Shown here piece by piece: positions 55,642 to 64,000 of a stretch of DNA of 64,000 bases. The notes below the pieces were generated by a model. That model saw nothing but the letters and a program-made list of their open reading frames with translations. It had not been told where the DNA came from and did not search any database. Source of the DNA: an uncultured delta proteobacterium (GTDB lineage Bacteria; Desulfobacterota; Binatia; Binatales; Binataceae). The stretch covers positions 1,344,001 through 1,408,000 of the forward strand of contig CAVRVY010000004.1 of NCBI GenBank assembly GCA_963724765.1, given 5' to 3'. Positions within the stretch are counted from its first letter, which is position 1, and each line of letters begins with the position of its first letter. The position numbers were made by a program, and so were the translations under genes.

Positions 55642-57123
55642 TCAGCTTCCGCCCACGAAGCGCAACAATTCAACCATCCGCCGGATGCCGTTGCCCAGCT
55701 CTTTCACCTCGATCCGCTCGTTGATCCCGTGCACGGTATGCTCCTGGGCGGTAGTCAATTCCACCGGCACAAAGCCGTAAGCAATCAGGCCACTCGCGCG
55801 AAAGTAGTGGCTGTCGGTGAAGCCGGCGATCATCGTCGGAATAGCTGCATCGTGGCCGTCCTGCCACGCGACCGCGTTGATCGCGTTCATCAGGATCGAG
55901 CGTGGAGGTGAAGAAACCGCGGGAAAGTTGAGCAACACTTCGACCTTGATCGTGTCGTCGCCGATCACATGGCGGATCTGATCGAGAAATTCTTTGGGAT
56001 CCGCGCCCGGCAACAAACGGCAATCGATCTCGGCGTAGGCGGTCGGTGCGATCACGTTGGTTTTCTGGCTGGCGCCGAGCACGGTCGGCGTGACGGTGTC
56101 ACGCACCATCGCGCTGTAGCGCGGGATCGCGAGGAAATTCTGGCGATAGGCCGGCTTGCGCAGCGAGATTACCAGGTTCTTGAATTCGCTCGGGCCGCCG
56201 TCGAGCTTGGCGACCGCGCGAAAATAATCGCGCACTGTGTCGATCACGTGGACCTGCGGGCGGTACGCGATAAGCTTGCTCAGCGCCGCCGTTAGGTGCG
56301 TAACCGCGGTGTCGTTGGGCGGCACCGCGGCGTGTCCGCTTGGTCCCTGGGCCGTCAGCCGGATCCACATCGGGGTCTTCTCTGCCAGCGAGACCGCATA
56401 GAAGCGATGGTGGCCGGGGGTCTCCTCGATCCCGCCGCCCTCGTTGAGCAGGTAGCCGGCATCGGCAAAGACCTGCTTCTCGTGCTGCACGAACCATCCT
56501 GCCCCGTTGCGTCCGCCCCCCTCCTCGTCGCCGGTCGCAATGAAGATCACGTCGCGGTTGAGCAGGATGCCGGCGCGTTTGATCGCCAGCATCGCCATCA
56601 TTTCGATTACGCCGGGACCCTTGTCGTCGATCGCCCCGCGCCCCCAGATGTCGCCGTCCTTGACCTCGCCTGAGAATGGCGGCACTTGCCATTGCTTGGG
56701 ATTGGCCGGCACGACATCCATGTGGCTCAGCAGCACAATGGCCTTGGTGTGCTTGCCGATGCCACGCAGGCGCGCCGCCACTACTCCGCGGCCAGGCATC
56801 GGCTCCCATACCGTGGCCGGAATTCCGTCGGCGAGAAATCTCTCGCGCAGCATCCGCGCCGCGCCGAGTTCGTTACCAGGTGGATTGGTGGTGTCGATAC
56901 GGATGTACTGGGAGAGCAGCGCCGTCGCCTCCTGAGTCAGCTTCTCCCAGTTGAACGTCTTGGCCGCCGAGGCGTCGCTTACCCCTGCCCCGCCCGTACC
57001 GCTTGAGGGCTCGGCCGCCCATCCGATGCCGATACCCGCGCCGGCCCCCGCGCCCAGCGACAGCGTCAGTATGGCCGCCGATGCGACGACCCACGATGCG
57101 GCGCGCCTCTTTCCGTTGCGCAT
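55642..57123 (-). CDS. Secreted M20/M25/M40 family metallo-hydrolase
   Basis: Signal peptide; IDTTNPPGNE, LLSHMDVVP, GRGAIDDKG, DEEGGG, NEGG, FTDSHYFR, HGINERI. Confidence 0.9.
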   Translation of the reverse strand: MRNGKRRAASWVVASAAILTLSLGAGAGAGIGIGWAAEPSSGTGGAGVSDASAAKTFNWEKLTQEATALLSQYIRIDTTNPPGNELGAARMLRERFLADGIPATVWEPMPGRGVVAARLRGIGKHTKAIVLLSHMDVVPANPKQWQVPPFSGEVKDGDIWGRGAIDDKGPGVIEMMAMLAIKRAGILLNRDVIFIATGDEEGGGRNGAGWFVQHEKQVFADAGYLLNEGGGIEETPGHHRFYAVSLAEKTPMWIRLTAQGPSGHAAVPPNDTAVTHLTAALSKLIAYRPQVHVIDTVRDYFRAVAKLDGGPSEFKNLVISLRKPAYRQNFLAIPRYSAMVRDTVTPTVLGASQKTNVIAPTAYAEIDCRLLPGADPKEFLDQIRHVIGDDTIKVEVLLNFPAVSSPPRSILMNAINAVAWQDGHDAAIPTMIAGFTDSHYFRASGLIAYGFVPVELTTAQEHTVHGINERIEVKELGNGIRRMVELLRFVGGS

Positions 57124-58445
57124 CAGCGCTCGCCAAAGTTGAAAATCTCGATGACCGTCTGAAGGAATTGCGCGGCTGGCGCGCCGTCGATCAACCGATG
57201 GTCGAAGGTCAGGCTGAGTGTCAGCATCGAGCGCCGCGCGATCTCGCCGCGATGGACGACCGGCTTCTCGATGATCCGGCCGACGCCAAGAATCCCGGTC
57301 TCTCCGGTATTGATGATCGGCGTAAACGCGTCCACCCCGTAGGTGCCGAGGTTGGTAATCGTAAACGTTCCGCCGCTCACCTCTTCCAGGCGCAGCTTGC
57401 CCGCGCGCGCGCGCTCGCCCAGTTCGCGCGTCAGCACGGCGATCTCCCGCAGCGATTTCCGGTCGGCATCCACGATCACCGGCACGATCAGCCCGTCCTC
57501 GAGCGCCACCGCCATTCCGACGTTGACCTGCGGCATGATCGCGATCGCGTCCTGCACCAGCCGCGCGTTCATCCGCGGATGACGCAGCAGTGCACGCGCC
57601 ACTGCCTGAATCAGCAGGTCACCGTATGTGAAATCGAACTGACGCATGAGCCTCTCCCGCAGTTCGACGGCGGCGGTGACGTCGGCCTCGCTGGTGATGG
57701 TGAGCTGGGCGCTCTCGCGCAGGCTCTGCGACATGCGATCGGCGATGGTCTTGCGCATCCCGCGCATCGGGATGCTGCGCGCCTGCGGCTTGCCCGCGGC
57801 GGCGGGGGCAGACGCGGGCGATGCTGCGCGCGCACCGGCCGCCGGGCGCACGCCTTCGGCCGCGCGTTCGACGGCTGCACTTGTACTGGACGCCGAGCGC
57901 GCGCCTTCGGCCGCGCGCTCGACGTCTTCGCGCGTGATGCGACCGCCGGGGCCGGTGCCGACGACGCGCGCAAGCTCGACGCCGAGTTCGGCGGCGAGCT
58001 TGCGCGCGACCGGGCTGACAGCGCGGCGCGCCCCGGCGTCGTCCGCCGCCGAAGCGGCGGACGACGCCGGGGCGGCAGTCGCGGCGCCGCGAGCGCCAGC
58101 GTCGCCAGATGAGCGGGCGGGAGCGCCCGCCGCCGTGGCGGCGGGCGCTCCCGCCCGCGGCCCCGCGCCGTCGCCGTAGCGCGCACCGACCGCGGCCGCG
58201 TCCTCGCCGCTCTCGGCGATTACCGCGATTACAACGCCGCACTCGACCGTCGCGCCCTCCGGAAACAGAGCGGCCGCGAGCGTGCCCGAGGCCGGCGCCT
58301 CGACTTCGTATAGCACCTTCTCGGTCTCGACCTCGTACAGAGGCTCGCCCGCACGCACACTCTCCCCGGGCGCCTTGAAGTAGCGTTGGATCGTCCCCTC
58401 CTGCATCGTGAGGCCGAACTTGGGCATAGTCACTTCGACGGGCAT
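57123..58445 (-). CDS. Dihydrolipoamide acyltransferase (E2) of a 2-oxoacid/acetoin dehydrogenase
   Basis: Lipoyl domain MPKFGLTMQEG..ETEKV, E3-binding SPVARKLA..GTGPGGRI, catalytic FDHRLIDGA. Confidence 0.93.
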   Translation of the reverse strand: MPVEVTMPKFGLTMQEGTIQRYFKAPGESVRAGEPLYEVETEKVLYEVEAPASGTLAAALFPEGATVECGVVIAVIAESGEDAAAVGARYGDGAGPRAGAPAATAAGAPARSSGDAGARGAATAAPASSAASAADDAGARRAVSPVARKLAAELGVELARVVGTGPGGRITREDVERAAEGARSASSTSAAVERAAEGVRPAAGARAASPASAPAAAGKPQARSIPMRGMRKTIADRMSQSLRESAQLTITSEADVTAAVELRERLMRQFDFTYGDLLIQAVARALLRHPRMNARLVQDAIAIMPQVNVGMAVALEDGLIVPVIVDADRKSLREIAVLTRELGERARAGKLRLEEVSGGTFTITNLGTYGVDAFTPIINTGETGILGVGRIIEKPVVHRGEIARRSMLTLSLTFDHRLIDGAPAAQFLQTVIEIFNFGER

Positions 58446-58529
58446 AGGAATCTCAACCAGACGCGGATGTGCGGTTCGTCATAAGGAAGCGGTTCCCATC
58501 CGCCAAGGATAGTGCTGCGAACGCGGGCC

Positions 58530-59501
<972 letters not shown>

Positions 59502-59563
59502 CGTCATCACCTCGTTCTGCGTCCGCACCTTGCTCTGCGTGCGAATCGTTTTGCCGCGCGCAC

Positions 59564-60538
59564 CTATGCGAAAACGTCGTCGGTGACTTCGGACGGATCG
59601 GGCAGGGTGCCCTTGCGAGCGAACTCGATCGCGGCCTCGAGTTCGGCTTGCGTTTCATTCACGATGCGATCGAGTTCAGCGTTGCCGATCTTGCCGCCCT
59701 CGAGCACGAATTTTTCAAATTTGATGATCGGGCATTTCTTCTTCCAAGATTCGACTTCCGCCTCGGTACGATAGCCAGCGGAGCCCAGGAAAGCCTGCTC
59801 GCCGACCACGTGCCCCTCCCATCGATAGGTCTTGCACTCCAGCAGGGTCGGCCCTTCGCCGGCCCGCGCCCGCGCGATCGCTTCGCTGGCATAGCGATAG
59901 ACCTCAAATACGTCGTTGCCGTCAACGATGTGGCCGGGAATTGCGTAGGCTTGCGCGCGCACCGCGATGTCTTTGACTGAAGTGACGGTTTCCATCGGGG
60001 TGAATTCGCCATAGCCGTTGTTCTCGCAGACGAAAACCACCGGCAGCTTCCAGACCGCGGCGAGGTTGAGCGATTCGTGAAAGGTGCCCTCATTGGAAGC
60101 GCCGTCGCCGAAGAAGCAGGCGGTGACGTCGTCGCGCCCCGAGATTTGTGCGGCCAGCGCCGAGCCGGTCGCGATCGGTAGTCCGGCGCCGACGATCCCA
60201 TTGGCGCCCAGGATGCCGAGTGCGAAGTCGACGATATGCATCGAGCCGCCTTTGCCCTTGCAGTAGCCTTCACGCTTGCCGTAGAGCTCGGCCATCATGC
60301 GGTCGAGCCTGCCGCCCTTGGCGATAAGATGGCTGTGGCCGCGATGAGTCGAGGTGATGCGGTCGGTTTTGCGCAGCGCCGCGCACACGCCGGTCGCGCT
60401 CGCCTCCTCGCCGATCGAGACGTGCACGAAACCCGGAAGCTCGTTGGCGATCGCAAGATCGCGCACCCGCCCCTCGAATTGCCGAATCCGCTGCATCGAG
60501 CGGTACATCTCGAGCATCAGGTCTTTGCCGAGGTCCAT
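59564..60538 (-). CDS. 2-oxoacid/acetoin dehydrogenase E1 alpha subunit
   Basis: PGFVH..GEEA, STHRGH, GKGGSMH, TPP motif FFGDGASNEG...CENN, TYRWEGH. Confidence 0.94.
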   Translation of the reverse strand: MDLGKDLMLEMYRSMQRIRQFEGRVRDLAIANELPGFVHVSIGEEASATGVCAALRKTDRITSTHRGHSHLIAKGGRLDRMMAELYGKREGYCKGKGGSMHIVDFALGILGANGIVGAGLPIATGSALAAQISGRDDVTACFFGDGASNEGTFHESLNLAAVWKLPVVFVCENNGYGEFTPMETVTSVKDIAVRAQAYAIPGHIVDGNDVFEVYRYASEAIARARAGEGPTLLECKTYRWEGHVVGEQAFLGSAGYRTEAEVESWKKKCPIIKFEKFVLEGGKIGNAELDRIVNETQAELEAAIEFARKGTLPDPSEVTDDVFA

Positions 60539-60673
60539 CGCTAAAGCCTCCCCGTGTTGGCGAACGCTGACGGCGGCCAGCGCGCCAGCGAGAGGAAGGT
60601 ATTACCGTTGAGGCTCAGCGTCAAACGAACACCGGTTCTTCCCCGCACGCCGGCCATGCTAGAGGTGAGCGCT

Positions 60674-61432
60674 ATGGCGTCCGCGAGCAAGATGCTTCGC
60701 AAGGCCGCGCCGCACTCGCGCGCGGACGGCGCCGCGCCGCAGACCGTCAAGCGGCGCTCGGGCGGCGGCGATCTCGTAGATCGGCGCACCGTAGGCCGTG
60801 TACTCAGGCTGCTGCGGCGCGAGGCCAAAGGATGGAACGCGCCGGTGATGGCTCTGGAAGCCGCCGAGCATGGCGACCCGTTCCGCACACTCATCGGATG
60901 CATCCTGAGCCTGCGGACCAGGGACGAGACCACCGCCGAGGCGGCGCCGCGACTGTTCGCGCAAGCGGCGACGCCGCAAGCGATGCTCAGGTTGGGCGAG
61001 GACGCGATCGCGCGGCTTATCTATCCGGTTGGTTTCTATCGCACCAAGGCCGCAGTGATTGCCGGAATCTGCCGCGAGCTTATCGCCCGCTTCGGCGGAC
61101 TCGTGCCTGACTCGATCGACGCGTTGCTGACGCTCAAGGGGGTGGGCCGCAAGACCGCCAACCTGGTCGTAACCCAGGCCTACGGCAAACCCGGCATCTG
61201 CGTCGACACTCACGTCCATCGGATCTCCAACCGATGGGGCCTGGTCGGGACGCGCACGCCGGATGAGACCGAGACGGCGCTGCGCGCGGCGCTGCCGCGC
61301 CGCTACTGGATCGAATACAATACGTTGCTCGTGGCTTTTGGCCAGACGATCTGCCAACCGCTGTCGCCGTGGTGTTCGGGATGTCCGGTCGCACATCTGT
61401 GTCCGCGCCTGGGAGTAACCCGCTCGCGATAG
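60674..61432 (+). CDS. nth: Endonuclease III
   Basis: PFRTLIGCILSLRT, LKGVGRKTANLV, VDTHVHRI, Fe-S motif CQPLSPWCSGCPVAHLC; start uncertain. Confidence 0.92.
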   Translation: MASASKMLRKAAPHSRADGAAPQTVKRRSGGGDLVDRRTVGRVLRLLRREAKGWNAPVMALEAAEHGDPFRTLIGCILSLRTRDETTAEAAPRLFAQAATPQAMLRLGEDAIARLIYPVGFYRTKAAVIAGICRELIARFGGLVPDSIDALLTLKGVGRKTANLVVTQAYGKPGICVDTHVHRISNRWGLVGTRTPDETETALRAALPRRYWIEYNTLLVAFGQTICQPLSPWCSGCPVAHLCPRLGVTRSR

Positions 61433-61495
61433 CCCGCGGTAATTACGGTCAGCCGGCGCGATACACGCCCAACCCCCGGAGAAGGAATTACTACT

Positions 61496-62389
61496 ATGAG
61501 CACTGAAATCGGATTTATCGGATTGGGCGCGATGGGCGAGCCGATAGCGGCCAATCTCGCCGCCGCTGGCTACAAACTGCGCGTCTACAACCGTACGGCA
61601 TCGAAGGCGGACGCGCTGGTCGCAGCCGGCGCGACGCGCGTCGAGCGGCCGGGCGACGCCGCGCCGGCGGGCGCAGTGGCGATCACGATGCTCGCCGACG
61701 ATGCCGCGCTGGAGCAGGTGACGCTCGGCGCCGACGGTCTGGCCAAGCGACTCGGTTCCGGCGGAATCCATATCTCGATGAGCACGGTCGCGCCGGCGAC
61801 CGCGCGCCGTCTGGCACAGCATCATGCCGACTGCGGCAACACTTACATTGCGGCGCCCGTGTTTGGCCGTCCCGATGCCGCCAAGGCAAAGCGGCTGTGG
61901 GTGCTGGCCTCGGGGCCGGCGGCGCAAAAGACCGCGATACGGCCGCTGCTCGAAGCGATCGGGCAGGGGATTTTCGACTTCGGCGAGGACCCCGGGGCCG
62001 CCAATGTCGCCAAGCTGGCGGGCAATTTCCTCATCGCCGCGAACCTCGAAGCGATGTCCGAAGCATTCGCGATGGCCGAGAAGCAGGGCGTCGATCGCGC
62101 CGCCGTCGCCGACTTGCTGGCGAAGACGCTCTTCGCATGCCCGATTTACCAGGGCTACGGCAAGGCGATCGCGGAGAAGCGCTTTACGCCGGTAGGCTTC
62201 CGGATGCCGCTCGGACTCAAGGACGTGGAACTGGCGCTGCGCACCGCCGCCGAGGTGACGATGGCGCTGCCGATCGCGAGCCTGGTGCGAGATCGATTCC
62301 TCGCCAGCCTGGCCAAGGGACGCGCGGATATGGATTGGTCGGCGATCGCGCTGAGCGTGCTCGACGACGCCGGGCTGAGTCATCAATAG
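61496..62389 (+). CDS. NAD(P)-dependent beta-hydroxyacid dehydrogenase family protein
   Basis: IGFIGLGAMG, YNRT, MSTV, APVFGRP, AKLAGN, KDVELA. Confidence 0.92.
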   Translation: MSTEIGFIGLGAMGEPIAANLAAAGYKLRVYNRTASKADALVAAGATRVERPGDAAPAGAVAITMLADDAALEQVTLGADGLAKRLGSGGIHISMSTVAPATARRLAQHHADCGNTYIAAPVFGRPDAAKAKRLWVLASGPAAQKTAIRPLLEAIGQGIFDFGEDPGAANVAKLAGNFLIAANLEAMSEAFAMAEKQGVDRAAVADLLAKTLFACPIYQGYGKAIAEKRFTPVGFRMPLGLKDVELALRTAAEVTMALPIASLVRDRFLASLAKGRADMDWSAIALSVLDDAGLSHQ

Positions 62390-62515
62390 CCGCAGCCAGT
62401 AGCGGCGCCCGCGCCAGTCGGGTCTAAAACATTCAAGTTGCGCACGCCGCGGGCCTAAATTATCCTGATCGATACCAAACCGCTGATCGGCAGCGTGGCG
62501 GTGGCGCTTTCCCAT

Positions 62516-63877
62516 ATGGATTACGGACCCGCACAAGCACGTGGCGAGGAGAAGTTTCAACTAATCCTTGGCCAGGTCGCTGCGATTCGCAGCCGGCTCA
62601 ACGCACTGGCCCTGCAACAAGGGATATTTGGCGGGCTCACTTTCGTCCTTTGCGCCGCGGTGCTGATCGTCGGGGCCGCTTTCGCCTTCAGTCCGCTCAC
62701 TTTTCTCCTGCTTGGCGTCGCCGTCACCGCCACCGCCATCGCCGCAGTCGCGCGCACGGCTCGCCGGGCGTGGCGGATGCGCACCAGTGCCGAGCGCGCG
62801 GCACTTATCGCCGACGAACGCGCGGTGCTCAAGGGCCGGCTGACCACGATGGTCGACGCGGCGCGAGTCGAGCGGCGCTCCGCGCTGTGGCCCTTTCTGA
62901 TCGAAGATACCCTGGCGCGGCGTGAGGAATTCGTTGCCGCCAGAATCGAGCCGCGCCGGGTTTCGCGATGGCTGTGGGCAGCGCTGGTATCGTGCGCGAT
63001 CGCGGCGCTGGTGATGCGTCTCGCCTACGGCGTGCGCAACTCAAGGATGCTCGCCAACAATCGCGTCGTCAGCGCGCCGGGCGAAGTCACCGCCGACCTG
63101 GGCGACCTCGACATCCGGCCCGCCGATCCTTCAGCTGAACCGGGCACGGCAATAGACGCGGACCCGGCGACGCTGCGCAAGCTGGCCGACAAGCTGCGCG
63201 AGGCCCAGCGCGGTGGCCAGCAGAGCAGCCCGACCTCGCGCCTGATGGCCAATGCGCGCGACGCCGCCAGTGCGCTGCAGAACAAGCTTACCGGGGGCAA
63301 GCCGCTCCAGCCTGCGCCACGCCTGAGGCTTACCTACAGAAAGGGCGCCAACGCGGGCAAAGGCGGAGCGCAAAATCCGGATCACCAGCAGGCGAACGGT
63401 GCCCAGGATAATCCGCAAAGTCCCGGCAGCGGACAGCAATCCGATCAGAGCCAGACGCAACAATCCAACAGTGCTCCGACTCCCGGAGCGCCGGACATGA
63501 GCGGATTGGCCGCGCTCAACGGTCTCAATAACGACGACCCGAACCCCAGCGGCTCTGTCGCCCAGAACACGCCGCCCAACTCACGCAAACTTCCTCAAGC
63601 CGGCTCGATGGGCGCGGGCGGCGCGGACCATGGCTCAGGAAGCGACCCCCAGCATCTTTATGGCGATCCCGAGAGGCCGCCGCTGGGCAACGACACTTTC
63701 AAGATTCCGGTCGAGGTGGGACCATCCGACGACGGATCGAGTAACACCGCTCCCGCCTCCGTACCCCAACGGATAAAGAGCACGCTCAACGCGAGCCAGG
63801 CTCCCGACGAACCCTTCGAGCGCGCATCCATCCCGGCCTCCGACCGGGTGACGATTAAACGGGTGTTTGAACGATGA
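62516..63877 (+). CDS. Hypothetical membrane protein with low-complexity Gln/Gly/Pro C-terminus (MoxR-associated)
   Basis: Three N-terminal TM segments, AALIADERAVLKGRLTT; translationally coupled to the MoxR gene. Confidence 0.7.
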   Translation: MDYGPAQARGEEKFQLILGQVAAIRSRLNALALQQGIFGGLTFVLCAAVLIVGAAFAFSPLTFLLLGVAVTATAIAAVARTARRAWRMRTSAERAALIADERAVLKGRLTTMVDAARVERRSALWPFLIEDTLARREEFVAARIEPRRVSRWLWAALVSCAIAALVMRLAYGVRNSRMLANNRVVSAPGEVTADLGDLDIRPADPSAEPGTAIDADPATLRKLADKLREAQRGGQQSSPTSRLMANARDAASALQNKLTGGKPLQPAPRLRLTYRKGANAGKGGAQNPDHQQANGAQDNPQSPGSGQQSDQSQTQQSNSAPTPGAPDMSGLAALNGLNNDDPNPSGSVAQNTPPNSRKLPQAGSMGAGGADHGSGSDPQHLYGDPERPPLGNDTFKIPVEVGPSDDGSSNTAPASVPQRIKSTLNASQAPDEPFERASIPASDRVTIKRVFER

Positions 63878-64000
63878 ATGCAGTTGCCGCCGGCGAAGCG
63901 CCCAGCGTGGGCGACTTCATGCGCACGTTCCGCCACGTTCAGGCCGAGATTCACAAGGTGATCGTGGGCCATCAGCAGGCCGTCGAGGAACTCTTGAGCG
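63874..64000 (+). CDS. MoxR-family AAA ATPase (3'-truncated by window edge)
   Basis: MNAVAAGEAPSVGDFMRTFRHVQAEIHKVIVGHQQAVEELLS, matching the typical MoxR N-terminus; ATGA overlap with the previous gene. Confidence 0.75.
   Translation, partial: MNAVAAGEAPSVGDFMRTFRHVQAEIHKVIVGHQQAVEELLS

Noticed and set aside
60659-62560. 633-aa minus-strand ORF
   Set aside because: Antisense shadow of nth and the dehydrogenase; no recognisable motifs.

Overview
GC-rich bacterial chromosomal segment. Gene order and content resemble deltaproteobacterial lineages, possibly Ca. Binatota; this is an inference only. Housekeeping and metabolic content: yicC-gmk-rel-ridA, an LPS glycosyltransferase/kinase cluster, an orphan nuoA, an ArsS-type radical SAM gene, gpsA, dapB, dapL-folK-fsa, grpE-dnaK-dnaJ, aroE, pyrE, a thiolase/OB-fold pair, two acyl-CoA dehydrogenases, a 2-oxoacid/acetoin dehydrogenase E1a/E1b/E2 set, nth and the start of a MoxR gene. 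A ~12.5-kb Alternative Complex III plus caa3 oxidase operon with no actE lies, inverted, between dapB and dapL. The most striking signal is at 46054-47328 (-): one reading frame joins a rhodanese domain to a 2-TM K+ channel (TSVGYGD). It is interrupted by an in-frame TGA at a Cys-equivalent position (YCAKFT-U), followed by a bacterial SECIS-like hairpin, which makes it a candidate selenocysteine rhodanese-K+ channel fusion. Next to it are an initiator tRNA with an atypical G1 placed directly behind a sigma70-like promoter (possibly leaderless) and a sigma54 two-component/lipoprotein/ExeA module. No CRISPR array, transposase, integrase or prophage was seen.
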